Below, piece by piece: positions 18,688-29,023 of a DNA stretch of 64,000 bases. The notes below the pieces were generated by a model, which was not told the origin of the DNA, ran no database searches, and saw only the letters and a program-made list of their open reading frames with translations. Source of the DNA: an uncultured bacterium. Its GTDB lineage: Bacteria; Planctomycetota; UBA1135; GCA-002686595. Both the position numbers and the translations under genes were made by a program. The first letter of the stretch is position 1. Each line of letters opens with the position of its first letter. The stretch covers positions 192,001-256,000 of the forward strand of contig CALSNU010000005.1 in NCBI GenBank assembly GCA_943787795.1. Direction: 5' to 3'.

Positions 18688-19005
18688 TCACTTCTTGCGG
18701 CGAGCTCGCGGCTTGCGGGCCTTCGGGACGCTGATGCCCTTCGATTCGTAGTACTCCGCGAGCGTGCGCTGGGCGCCGCTGAGCGCGCGCTTGAGGTCGG
18801 CGTCGGACGACTTCTTCGAGTTCTCCACGGCCTTGGTGAGGGCGCGGAACGCCGCGTTCATCTCCTTGGCTGCGGGATCGGCTTTGACCTTCTTGGCAGC
18901 TTTCCGCTGCTTGAGATCCTCGATCCGCTTCTGGAGGTCAGCGATGAGTTCCTCGTCCGTTCTCCGATAACGAGTCTTGCCAGCTTTCGGTTTGCGATCA
19001 GCCAT
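18688..19005 (-). CDS. Small Lys/Arg-rich protein, putative nucleoid-associated or histone-like
   Basis: 105 aa, very basic termini (RRTDEELIADLQKRIEDLK...KARKPRARRKK), AT-rich upstream region, own downstream hairpin. Confidence 0.75.
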   Translation of the reverse strand: MADRKPKAGKTRYRRTDEELIADLQKRIEDLKQRKAAKKVKADPAAKEMNAAFRALTKAVENSKKSSDADLKRALSGAQRTLAEYYESKGISVPKARKPRARRKK

Positions 19006-19126
19006 TTGTAGTGTCGGTTGCTAGTGGGCCAGTGGACTGTGCTGCCATCGGGAAGATCTGTGGGTCGAGGTGGCAGATATCAAAAAACTAGCGATTAAGG
19101 ACGCATCGAGCAACCGGTAATAGGGC

Positions 19127-19158
19127 GCGGGCTATCCCTATGGAAGGGGATAGCCCGC
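19127..19158. terminator. Stem-loop downstream of the giant coiled-coil gene
   Basis: gcgggctatccc-tatggaag-gggatagcccgc, 12-bp perfect stem. Confidence 0.65.
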
Positions 19159-19189
19159 TTGTTGGCGAAGTGTTATCCGCTTTGAGTGC

Positions 19190-22100
19190 TTAGGACTTAC
19201 CGGTCTTCGCCCTCTTGGCCCGCTCCTCGTCGGTCAACTGATCCTCAAGGGCGGCCAGCATGGGCTTGAGATTCGCGAGCATCGAGGCCGCGGCGGACAT
19301 GGCGGAGCCCTTCTCCTCGAGGAGGCCCGAGCGGTCCGCGAGCAGCTCGTTCGCAGCCTCCAGCGCCGCCGTCAGCTCGTCGGCCTGAGTCTCCTGGTCG
19401 TTGAGGCGAGCGCTCGCGGCCTTCAGCCTCGCGTCGAGGTCCTCCGCCCGTTGCTCTGCCTTGGCGAGTCGCGCCGCCTGCTTCTTGGCCTCGGACCGAA
19501 GGGCGGTGATCTCCTTGGACTGCACCTTCTTCTCCTTGCGAGCCTCCGCGAGGCGGCCCTCGACGGCCTCGACGGCCTTCTGGCGCTCCTCGATCTCCTT
19601 GCGGAGCCCGGCGATCTCGGCCCCGGTGGCCTGCTCGAAGCTCTCGAACCTCTCGCGCTGCCCGGCCATCTCGCTGGTCCGTCGCTCGATCTCTGCGCCA
19701 GCCTCCTCGAGCGCGCGCGCGCGCTCGTTGGACTCGGCTTCGGCGGCCTCGAGGTGGCCCGCGATGCGGTCGCGCTCTCCGCCGAGGTTCTCGAGATCCT
19801 GCGTGAGGCGGGCTTCGTTCTCCCCGAGGCCTGCCACGACCTTGGCCTGCTCGTCGCGGAACGTCGCCATCGACTGCTCCGCGGCGTCGAGGGCCGCCTC
19901 GCGTTCACCGAGCCGCGTCGAGAGGTCGGCGGCCCGCTGGTCGGCGTTCGCGGCGGTGTCGCGGGCCTCGGCGAGGGCGCTGGAGACCTCCTGGAGTTGC
20001 CCGGAGGTCTGCTCCAGCTCCTGGTTCGTGCGCTGACTGAGCGCCTGGCTCTCCGAGAGCTGGCCCTCGAGGGCCTCCTGCTCGGCTTCGAGCGCGGCGC
20101 GCTGGGTGCCGAGCGCCTCGACCCGGGCCTCAAGGCCGGCGCGCTCCTCGCTGGTCCTCTGAAGCTCCTCGTCCGCGACGTTGGCGCGCTGGACCTCGGT
20201 CTCGATCGCAGCCTGAAGCGACTCGATCCTGGAGGAGAGGTCGGCGCGCTGGGCTTCGAGCTCCGTCGTCTGTTCGTTGGACTGGCGGCGCTCTGCCCCG
20301 AGCTGGTCGTTGAGCCGTTCGACGTCCGTCTCGAGGGCCGCTCCGGCCTCGAAGAGTTCATCACGCTCCGCGGCGATCGCGACCGCCTCCGACCTGGACT
20401 GGTCGAGCTGATGGGTCAGCTTGGCGAGGTCCTTCTCGAGGCCAGCGGCGTGCTCGGCGAGCGTCTCTCTGGAGCGCTCTCCATCGAGCGCTTCCGAGAC
20501 GGCGGCGTTGAGCTGGTTCTTCAGGTCGTCGGCCTCGACCGAGAGGGCCTCGGTCTGGCTCTGGAGGGCATCGCGGCGAGCGGCGAGCTCGGCGACCTTC
20601 TCCCCGGAGGCTTCCTCGGCGGCCGCGGCGCGCGCGGTCCGATCCTCGACCTCGGCCTGGAGCTCCTCGATGGTGGAGGAGAGCTGGGCCTCGGTGGCGG
20701 ACCTCTGCTCGTCGGCGGCGCGGGCCATGGCGGCGTGGCGCTCGACCTCGGCCTGGAGCTCCTCGATGTTGGAGGAGAGCTGGGCCTCGGTGGCGGACTT
20801 CTGCTCGTCGGCGGCGCGGGCCATGGCGGCGTGGCGCTCGACCTCGGCCTGGAGCTCCTCGATGTTGGAGGAGAGCTGGGCCTCGGTGGCGGACTTCTGC
20901 TCGTCGGCGGCGCGGGCCATGGTCGGCGTGGCGCTCGACCTCGGCCTGGAGCTCCTCGATGTTGGAGGAGAGCTGGGCCTCGGTGGCGGACTTCTGCTCG
21001 TCGGCGGCGCGGGCCATGGCGGCGTGGCGCTCGACCTCGGCCTGGAGCTCCTCGATGTTGGAGGAGAGCTGGGCCTCGGTGGCGGACTTCTGCTCGTCGG
21101 CGGCGCGGGCCATGGCGGCGTGGCGCTCGACCTCGGCCTGGAGCTCCTCGATGGTGGAGGAGAGCTGGGCCTCGGTGGCGGACTTCTGCTCGTCGGCGTC
21201 GCGGGCCATGGCGGCGTGGCGCTCGACCTCGGCCTGGAGCTCCTCGATGGTGGAGGAGAGCTCCTGCGCACGCTCAGCCTCATCTCCTCGGGCCGTGTTC
21301 GCCGCTTCAGCGGCTTCGAGCGCCTCGGCGAGCTTGAACCCCTCGGCCTCGAGGGCCTCGCTGAGTGCCTTCACGTCTCCCTCCAAGGCCGCGCGCGATT
21401 CGGCGGTCGCCTCGTGGGCGGCGGTTCGTTCGGCGAGCGCCGTCTCGACCTCCGTGGCGCGGGTGGAGGCGTCCTCCAGCTGAGCCTCGAGCGAGTGGAC
21501 GAGATCATCGACCTCTCGTTCGCGGGCTTCGGCCTGTTCACGGGCGGCTTCGGCGCGTCCTTCGGAGTCTGCCGAGATCTCGGCCACCTCGTCCTGGGAG
21601 GCGGCGAGCGCCTCACGGGCTTCGGTGAGCGCACCCTTGAGGTCGTTGATGGAGCCCGCAGCGACCTCCTGATCCTCGTCGAAGGTCTCGCGGAGGGCGG
21701 CGGCCTCTTGCTGCACGGCCCGGAGCTGCGCTGCGCTCTCGCTCGCCTCTTCGCGCGAGGTCTCGAGCTCTTGCTCGAGGCCGTCGATGCCTGTGCGGGC
21801 CGCGGACAGCTGCTCCTGGAGCTCTTCTGCCTGGCGAGCGTGCGCGTCGGTGGCCTCTTCGAGCGCGGCCTCGGCAGCTCCGGAGCGCTCCTGGCTGGAC
21901 GCGAGGTCACCCTCGAGCTGCTCGCACCGGTTGCGAGTCTCGGTGAGCGCGGTCTCCAGATGGGCGGCGCGCGCCTCGTGCTCCTCGCACACGGCGGTGA
22001 GGGAGGACTCGAGGTCGGCCCGGGCGCTCCGGCTGACCTCAAGGTCACCCTCGAGCTGCTCGCAGCGACCTCTGGATTCTTCGAGCTCGCCATGGAGCGC

Positions 22101-23408
22101 GTCGCCGCGCTCCTCGGCGAGCGTGAGCTCTGCCTCGAGCCTCTCGGCCTGGCGGCCAGCCTCTTCAAGCTCCTGCCCCAGCTCATCGCAGCGGTCCTTC
22201 GACTCGGTCAGCTGCTGGCCGAGCTCTTCGGCGCGGGCGACGTGCTCTGCAGCGGCCGCAGCCATCGCCTCCTCGACCTCGGCGTGCGCGGTCCGTGCCT
22301 CGGCCAGCTGTCCGTCAAGCTGCTCGCTGCGCTGCTCGGCCGACTGCAGGTTCGACTCGAGCTCGGCAGCCTTGGCCTGATGCTCCTCGTCGCTGGCTCC
22401 CATGGACGCCTCGAGGCGTGTGCAGGCCTCCTGGGAGGCGGCCAGCTGATCGGCGAGGGCGTCGCTGCGCTCGTCAGACTGCTGGGCGGCGGTCTCGAGC
22501 GCCTCGACCTGGGCCTCGAGCGTGACACGAGCCTCGCGGGCGAATTCCTCCTGGGCGGAGAGGGCCTCGGTCTGCTCTTCGAGGGACGTTGCCAGCTGGT
22601 CGCCCTGCTGGACGGCCGCCTCGAGCTCCGCGAGGGCGGTCTCGGCGTCGGTCCGGGCCCCCTCGAGCTCCTTCTGCGCCTCATCGCGGTCGGTCCGAAG
22701 CTCGTCGTTCTGGTCCTGGAGGCCGGCGGCCTCGGCCTGGAGGGTCGCGACGCGCTCGTCCGCTGCCTCGAGGTTCGCGGTGGACGAGGTCAACGCCTCA
22801 CGGACCTCTTCCAGCTGCTGCTCGGCGCCGGAGAGCTCATCCCGGAGCCTGCGGGCCTCGTCCTGGGTCGCGTCGAGGCGGTTGGAGGTCTCCCCGAGTT
22901 GACCCTCGAGCGGGCGCAGGGACTCGATGCGCGCGGTCAACTCGTCGATCACGGTGGTCTGACGCTCGAGCTCGACCTCCTTCTCGCGGGTGGCCTCGTG
23001 GATTCGTCCGCGCCATGCGGCCACATCGTCCTGGAACTGGGCCACCTCCCGGGGCCCCGTCTCCTCGACGGGGAACTCCGGAGACTCCACGGGCGCCTTC
23101 TCGGCGAACTTGGTCGAGATCCCCTCGTGGGCATCGAGGGCCTTCTGGAGGCGCCTCATCTGCCGTGTCTGCTCGCTCAGGCGGGTGCGGAGGGCGGTCT
23201 CCGACCGATCGAACTCGCTAATCACCCGCTGCACGCGGTCCTCCATCTGCACGTATACCTCGTAGCGTTCGCGCACCTGGCGGGTCATCTCTTTGGCCAG
23301 GGAGGCGCGTTCACGGCGGTTTCGGTGCTCGGCGACGGCAAAGGCGAGGAGGGCTCCGGCGACGGCTGAGCCGAGGCTCACAAGCATGGCGATGGCGGGG
23401 ATGGACAT
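19190..23408 (-). CDS. ~1400-aa N-terminally membrane-anchored coiled-coil protein, split by a 1-nt insertion at ~20923
   Basis: ORFs 20361..23543 and 19190..21283 join into one E/A/L/Q-rich heptad protein if the extra T in gccatggTcggcg is removed. TM segment IAMLVSLGSAVAGALLAFAVA follows ATG 23408. Confidence 0.85.
20645..21262 (-). repeat. 96-bp (32-aa) near-perfect intragenic tandem repeat, ~6.4 copies
   Basis: Unit AQLSS(N/T)IEELQAEVERHAAMARAADEQKSATE. ctcgacctcggcctggagc recurs at 20645, 20741, 20837, 20934, 21030, 21126 and 21222. Confidence 0.95.
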
Positions 23409-23748
23409 GGTCTCGATGTCGGAATCCACCGCCAGGCATCCGAAGACCGCCGTTCGAATCCACGCCAGGGGTTCCCAGGCGTCCCTGGACGAGACATTTC
23501 TCGGGGCTGCCCGATGCTCGACTGAGATCAAGGATCCATGCATCGCTTCGGGATCGCGCGGCGACTGCTTTCATGAGGAAGGAAGAGATCCAGGGGGCGC
23601 CACGGTCGGCGCCTGGTGCCCCCCGAGCGGGCGCTGCTCCTGCGGCCCTGCCCGATCCCTCCGAGCCCCCTCCCGAAGCCTCCGCAATGGTCGATCTCAG
23701 CCCCGAGACTACATCCTCATCGCACGAGGGAATGGCCGTGGGCCGCCC

Positions 23749-23790
23749 TGCGGCGGGCGCTGCGGCGGGCGCTGCGGCGGGCGCTGCGGC
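23749..23790. repeat. 12-bp tandem repeat TGCGGCGGGCGC, 3.5 copies
   Basis: Perfect copies in the divergent intergenic region before the sigma factor. Confidence 0.85.
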
Positions 23791-23926
23791 ACCGCGACGC
23801 GCCCCTGCGGCCACTCCGGGGGAGGCAGATTCGGGGACCGATTCCCCGATCATGACCGAGTCTGGTGTCAGCGACGCTATGCTCGGCGCGACCGTTGACC
23901 GTACCGAGTGCGGCGACGCGTTCTTC

Positions 23927-24502
23927 ATGAACCCCAGATCCGTTCAGGAAACATCCCTGCTCGCCAGGGTCGCCGATGGCGACCCCTCGGCCATTCGGGA
24001 TGTCCTCTCTCGCTACTCAGCGCTCGTCTGGTCGCTGTCTTCGAGCCTCTCGAAGGACCCGCACGAGGTCGAGGATGTGGTTCAGGACATCTTCGTGGAC
24101 GTTTGGCGCAGCGCCGCTCGCTACGACCCGGCCGTCGCCTCGGAGGCGACCTTCATCGCGACGATCGCGAGACGCAGGGTCATCGACCGTCGTCGCCGTG
24201 CCGGTCGGCGCGTGGACCCCGAGCCCCTCGATGAGGAGCTGGCGCCCGGCGCAGAGGACGAGGGCCTCCGGCAGGTGGACCTCGATGATGAGGCGCTCCA
24301 GGCGAGAGAGGCCGTGGCACAGCTCTCGGGCGACCGTCGCAGGGTTCTGGAGATGTCCGTGGTCGAGGGCCTCACCCATCGCGAGATCGCGGCGGACACC
24401 GGGATCCCGCTCGGGACCGTGAAGAGCCACATCCGGCGGGGCCTCGCCGAGGTCTCCGAGAAACTGAAGGCGCGTCGCAGCGCGACGGAGGACCGAGCAT
24501 GA
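23927..24502 (+). CDS. ECF sigma-70 factor (SigK-like)
   Basis: EDVVQDIFVDVWRSAARYDP, TIARRRVIDR, GLTHREIA...IPLGTVKSHIRRGL. ATG 23927 preferred over the long low-complexity extension. Confidence 0.93.
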   Translation: MNPRSVQETSLLARVADGDPSAIRDVLSRYSALVWSLSSSLSKDPHEVEDVVQDIFVDVWRSAARYDPAVASEATFIATIARRRVIDRRRRAGRRVDPEPLDEELAPGAEDEGLRQVDLDDEALQAREAVAQLSGDRRRVLEMSVVEGLTHREIAADTGIPLGTVKSHIRRGLAEVSEKLKARRSATEDRA

Positions 24503-25434
24503 AGGTCGGACCTGGAATGCCTTCCCATGACGGGGAGAGCCGCGAGGAGCTCGCGGCCATCGCCGCTCTCGAGGGGCTCGGCGTCCTCTCGGACAGTCAG
24601 CGGGCCCTCGTGGACGAGGATCGAGTCCGAGAGCTCGAGCACGCCGCGGGCGCGATCTTCACCGCTCTCTCCCGCTCGCAGGCGGAGCAGGCCCCGGCCC
24701 AGATTGTGGATCGGCTTGAGGGTCTGCTCTCAACCCAGGCCGCCGCGGACGCCCAGGATGCCCGCCTTCGCGGCCACTCCCATCTGCACGACACCCTGCG
24801 GGGTGTGACACAGCGAGCCCCTCACGAGCCGTCGTTCCCCCCTTCGCAACGAGACGCCGGGACGGGGCCCGAGCTCGACTCGGACGAGCGGAAGGGTGGG
24901 TCAAGCGACCTCGCTGCTCCCGCTGCCTCGGCGCCTTCAGGGCCCCGATTCCGCCTGGTGGGTGGCTGGCTGGCCGCCGCGGCGCTCCTGGTCGCGACGA
25001 TTGCGGCCTACGGCCGTATCGCCTCGCTCGAGGCGACCTACGGCGCGGGGTCAGCCGAGGCCCGGCGCAGCGAGATGATCGCCACGGCCGCAGACGTCGA
25101 GGTGTTGCCCTGGGCCACTGAGGGCGTCTCTGGAGACGTGACGTGGAGCGACGCGCGCAACGCGGGCTTCATGAGGATCGAAGGGCTCGTCCAGAATGAC
25201 CCCTCGGTCTCCCAGTATCAGCTCTGGATCTTCCGGGGCCTGGACCCCGCGACGGAGGCTCACCCCGTCAGCGGCGGCGTCTTCGACGTGGCGGGCGACG
25301 GCGAGGTGATCATTCCCATTGACGCCCAGCTCGAGCTCGGGCGCGCGGGACTCTTCGCCGTGACGGTCGAGGAGCCGGGCGGCGTGATGGTGTCGGAGCG
25401 CGAACAGATCGTGCTCGTCGCCAGCCGCGCCTGA
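24499..25434 (+). CDS. Anti-sigma factor (RskA family)
   Basis: ATGA overlap with the sigma gene, single TM (WLAAAALLVATIAAY), C-terminal YQLWI...PVSGGVFD...FAVTVEEPGG. Confidence 0.88.
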   Translation: MKVGPGMPSHDGESREELAAIAALEGLGVLSDSQRALVDEDRVRELEHAAGAIFTALSRSQAEQAPAQIVDRLEGLLSTQAAADAQDARLRGHSHLHDTLRGVTQRAPHEPSFPPSQRDAGTGPELDSDERKGGSSDLAAPAASAPSGPRFRLVGGWLAAAALLVATIAAYGRIASLEATYGAGSAEARRSEMIATAADVEVLPWATEGVSGDVTWSDARNAGFMRIEGLVQNDPSVSQYQLWIFRGLDPATEAHPVSGGVFDVAGDGEVIIPIDAQLELGRAGLFAVTVEEPGGVMVSEREQIVLVASRA

Positions 25435-25882
25435 GCCCTGGCCGCGGACTCCGGGCCGGCGCCAAGCCGACACCGAGTCGACGCGAGGGCCCGTTTGCAG
25501 GGAGGCGTTCTCCGCCCCGACGCCGAGGCCCAGGCTCGGCGGCCCGGCGCCGAAGCCCGTCTCCGGAGCCCGGCGCCGAAGCCCCGCGCGGAGCAGAGCG
25601 GCCTCTTCAAACGGGCGAGGTCGCTCCGGCGTGAGCGTCGCTTGCCCCGCGTGGCGGCCATCTCCGTGACGCCGCGCGGAGAGCGCATGGAGGCGCTCCG
25701 CGATCGGACGCCTGAGAGACCTCAGGGCTTCCGGTGGCTTGGGCCCGAGTCCGGGCCCTGATGGGAGCAGGCGGCGTGACCGACGGACGCTGCCGCGCGC
25801 GGTGGGGGCGGCAGGTCCTCCGTGCCCTTGCGCCCACGAGCGCCACCGGAGAGGTGGCGCGCTCGATCGCAGGGGCCGGCGC

Positions 25883-26923
25883 TCAGCTGAGGCCGACCAG
25901 CATGCGTGCGGACTGGACACCGTTGATGAGGTCCGTCGCGAACCCGTCGGCCCCGAGCTTCTTGGCGTCCTCCTCGCTCCGCAGCGCGGCGCCGCCCACA
26001 AGGACCGGGATCGTGCTGTCCCTCGAACCCAGATAGCTCGTCAGCGCATAGCGCTGGGCCACGAGCGTCGCCGACACGGCGATCACGTCGCACTCGTAGG
26101 CCGCGGCGGTCGCGTCGATCTCGTCGGCGGGGGTGTCGGCCCCGGCCAGCGCGACGCGCCATCCGTCCTGCTCGAGGAGCAGCGCGAAGGCCACCAGTCC
26201 GGTGTCGTGGGCATCGCCGGGGACGGCGGCGACCAGGACGGCCTTGCCGTTGCGCGTGGTCGCCGGGAGCGCGGCGGTGAGTCCGTGGAGGGCGCTGCGT
26301 AGCGTGGCGGTGATCACGTGCTCGGCGGCGACGCCCATCTCACCCACGTGCCAGCGACGACCGGCCTCTCGGGCTGCGGGCAGGAGGATGTCGACCACGG
26401 CTTCGTTCAGGCTGAAGGTGCCCGCTCGGACGCCTTCCAGCAGATAGTTCCGAGCGCTCGCCAGATCGCCGACGAGCGCGAGGTCGAACAGCTCCAGGGC
26501 TCGAGAGCCCTGCTGGAGGCCGGTGGACTGGGCGGCCGGCTCCTCCAGGGCCTTCGCAGCAGCGTCGAAGAACCGGTCGATGGAGGTGTCGTTCGTCCCT
26601 GGGAGCTGGGCCGTCAGCGTCTCCCGCATGCTCTCGAGCGCGACGAGGACGTCACCGGCCTCGACGTCGCGGGAGGTGATGACCGCTCGGAACCAGACCA
26701 TGTCGTCAGCGAAGAGCTTGGGGTCATCGGCCTCGAGGGCAGACGCGAGCGCCTCCAGCCGTGCGGAGAGCGCCTTGCGCCAGGAGTCAAACCCCGACTC
26801 GCCGTACCGCGTGTCCGAGGCCTCGACCTTCTCGAACAGGCGGGCCGTGGAGAGGCCGGCCAACCCGCGACTGGTGGTGCGGATGAGCTCTGCGGTGAAT
26901 TCAGCGGCTCGAGTCATGGTCAT
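25883..26923 (-). CDS. Cobalamin-binding sensor protein (globin-like N-domain, B12-binding_2, B12-binding), no DNA-binding domain
   Basis: WHVGEMGVAAEH matches the CarH W-x9-EH motif; GDAHDTG matches DxHxxG; Rossmann-type SAT...VLVGG. Confidence 0.85.
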   Translation of the reverse strand: MTMTRAAEFTAELIRTTSRGLAGLSTARLFEKVEASDTRYGESGFDSWRKALSARLEALASALEADDPKLFADDMVWFRAVITSRDVEAGDVLVALESMRETLTAQLPGTNDTSIDRFFDAAAKALEEPAAQSTGLQQGSRALELFDLALVGDLASARNYLLEGVRAGTFSLNEAVVDILLPAAREAGRRWHVGEMGVAAEHVITATLRSALHGLTAALPATTRNGKAVLVAAVPGDAHDTGLVAFALLLEQDGWRVALAGADTPADEIDATAAAYECDVIAVSATLVAQRYALTSYLGSRDSTIPVLVGGAALRSEEDAKKLGADGFATDLINGVQSARMLVGLS

Positions 26924-27608
26924 TCATCCCGGTGACGGTGGGAGATTCCCTGCGGTCAAGCCGCGGGGCCGTGTCCTGTGGCCTCTGTCGGGAACCCGCG
27001 CTCGCCTCTCGGAGCAGGCTCCGGGCGGCAAGCATGAGGCAGGGCACGACCACAGCGTATTCGATGGAGAGCGCCAGGTATCCCATCCAGCCGCCGGGAA
27101 CTGACGTGGCGCCGATCCTCGTGCCGGACCAGAAGGAGAAGGGGCCTCCAATAGCGCTGAGCAGGATCGCCAGGAGGTGCCGCCGGTTCAGCCAGGAGAG
27201 GGAGGAGTTGAGCAGGGAGCCGAACGCAACCCAGAGCGTGACGATCCAGGCGGGGGCCAGGAGCAGCCCACCAGCTGCCCCGCCGTCAGGAGCTCCGCCC
27301 GCGGCAGGTACCGGGAAGGCGATCCACCCTGAGGTTCGCAGGGCGGTGTCGAGGGCCAGTCCCAGCAGCCCGGCGAGGGCCCAGAGGCGCAGCTCGGCGC
27401 CCCGGTACGGTGTGAAACGGAGGTTGATCGGGAGCAAGAACGCGGCCGCCACCGGTCCGACCCACGGGACCCCTTCCGCAGCGCCGTAGACGCAGATGAA
27501 CCACACCACCTGGAAGACCGCGAAGTTGACGAGCTTCCCCGCCGTGCTCGGCGCCCAGGCTGAGGCAGCAGGCGCGGACGGGCCAGGGGGTGTGTCGTGA
27601 TCGGTCAA
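26901..27608 (-). CDS. DUF2878 family membrane protein
   Basis: NFAVFQVVWFICV...PAWIVTLWVAF...LNSSLSWL...GGPFSF. TTG start overlapping the cfa-like stop. Confidence 0.8.
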   Translation of the reverse strand: MTDHDTPPGPSAPAASAWAPSTAGKLVNFAVFQVVWFICVYGAAEGVPWVGPVAAAFLLPINLRFTPYRGAELRLWALAGLLGLALDTALRTSGWIAFPVPAAGGAPDGGAAGGLLLAPAWIVTLWVAFGSLLNSSLSWLNRRHLLAILLSAIGGPFSFWSGTRIGATSVPGGWMGYLALSIEYAVVVPCLMLAARSLLREASAGSRQRPQDTAPRLDRRESPTVTGMNDHDSSR

Positions 27609-28990
27609 CCGAGCGGAGCGAGCGTCGCCGCCACGGGGGGAGAGAAGGAGCGGCCTGCTCTGGCGTAGACGAGGTGAGCCACCGAGATATGGCGTTCGGC
27701 AAACCCGCCTTCGCAGTAGCAAAAGTAGAAGTCGAAGAGCCGCAGGAAGTCCTCGTCGAACCCCATGGCGAGCGCCTCTTCCCGGCGCCCACGGAGCGCA
27801 TCGCGCCAGGTGCGGAGCGTGGGCACGTAGTGGGTCCCGATGTCCTCCATGTGCACCGGGCGGAGGTCGCTGGAGCGAGACGCGGCCTGGGAGAGCGCGG
27901 TCACCGACGGGATACAGCTGCCGGGGAAGATGTGGCGCTGGATGAAGTCCACCGCCTTGCGGGCGCGCTCGAAGTGAGCGTCGTGAATCGTGATGGCCTG
28001 CATGGCGAGCGCTCCGCCGGGCTCGAGGAGGCGCGCACAGGTCTCGAAGAAGGTCCCGTAGTGGCGGGCGCCCACGGCCTCGATCATCTCCACGGAGACG
28101 ATCTTGGAGTATTGCCCTTTGAGGTCTCGGTAGTCTTTCAGGAGCACCTCGACCTGGTCCTCGAGGCCAGCCGCGGAGATGCGCTCCACGGCGAACGCGT
28201 GCTGTTCCTTTGAGATCGTGGTGGTGGTGACCTGGCAGCCGAACTTGAGGGCGGCGCGCCGCGCGAAGCCGCCCCAGCCGGTGCCGATCTCCAGCAGGTG
28301 GTCGCTCGGTCCGAGGTTCAACCGCTCGCAGAGGCGGTCAATCTTCGCGATCTGCGCGTCCTCGAGCGAGGCGTCCGCCCGCTCGTAGTAGGCCGACGAG
28401 TAGGTCATCGTCGGGTCGAGGAACAGCTGGAAGAAGTCGTTGGAGAGGTCGTAGTGCGCGGAGATGTTCTTCCGCGACCCTGAGCGACTGTTGTCGCGGA
28501 GCCAGTGGAAGGCCTTGAGCATGGGGAGAGAGAGCCGGGCGAGGCCCTTCTCCATTCCCTCGAGCGCGGTGTGGTTCGCCACCAGGACCCGCACGACGTC
28601 CGATGGCTCGGGAGAGGTCCACCAGCCGTACGCGTAAGCCTCGCCGGCGCCGACGCTGCCCCGGAGGGCGAGGGCGCTCCAGAAGCGCTCATCGTGGACG
28701 ATGACGACCCCGTGGGCATCGGAGCCGGCTCGCCTCATGCTCCCGCCAGGGGAGACCACGACGTCGGCGGCGTCGGGCAGGGGCGGCCTCCCGAAGACCT
28801 CGGAGCTGGAGGGGGTCTCAACCGTGAGCGACCCGTCGGCGATCCGCTTCAGCCGCGAGCGAACGGCGCGTTCGAGCAGAGAGGAACGCTCCGTGGGCGT
28901 GGGCCTGTTGGGGCCAGGCGCGGCCCCAGGGGGCTGCGTCTTCTGGTGCTCCGGGACGGGAGGCATCGTCTTCGAGTCAGTGAGGGTCAT
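27605..28990 (-). CDS. Cyclopropane-fatty-acid-synthase-family methyltransferase (UfaM/CfaS-like)
   Basis: NISAHYDLSNDFF, MTYSSA, LLEIGTGWGG, SVEMIEAVG, IFPG. Confidence 0.93.
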   Translation of the reverse strand: MTLTDSKTMPPVPEHQKTQPPGAAPGPNRPTPTERSSLLERAVRSRLKRIADGSLTVETPSSSEVFGRPPLPDAADVVVSPGGSMRRAGSDAHGVVIVHDERFWSALALRGSVGAGEAYAYGWWTSPEPSDVVRVLVANHTALEGMEKGLARLSLPMLKAFHWLRDNSRSGSRKNISAHYDLSNDFFQLFLDPTMTYSSAYYERADASLEDAQIAKIDRLCERLNLGPSDHLLEIGTGWGGFARRAALKFGCQVTTTTISKEQHAFAVERISAAGLEDQVEVLLKDYRDLKGQYSKIVSVEMIEAVGARHYGTFFETCARLLEPGGALAMQAITIHDAHFERARKAVDFIQRHIFPGSCIPSVTALSQAASRSSDLRPVHMEDIGTHYVPTLRTWRDALRGRREEALAMGFDEDFLRLFDFYFCYCEGGFAERHISVAHLVYARAGRSFSPPVAATLAPLG

Positions 28991-29023
28991 GGTGCGGACG
29001 GGGCCGCGCGCGGGGCGCGGTGC

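Noticed and set aside
20645..21262. CRISPR array or programmed frameshift in the 96-bp repeats
   Set aside because: The repeats are in-frame coding units without spacers, and there is no slippery or homopolymer site at the indel.
19190..23408. SMC or phage tape-measure protein
   Set aside because: There are no Walker A/B motifs or hinge, it has an N-terminal TM anchor, and no phage genes are nearby.
23653..23677. Autoregulatory ECF promoter CGATCC-N14-CCGAA upstream of the sigma gene
   Set aside because: The spacer is one base shorter, both boxes deviate, and it lies ~250 nt from the ATG, so it is too weak to call.
25435..25882. Glycine riboswitch or small gene in the gap between the anti-sigma and B12 genes
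   Set aside because: Only a CTCTCAGG fragment is present on the minus strand, without the upstream GGAGA/CCGAAG elements. The gap lies between convergent genes and its ORFs lack coding character.
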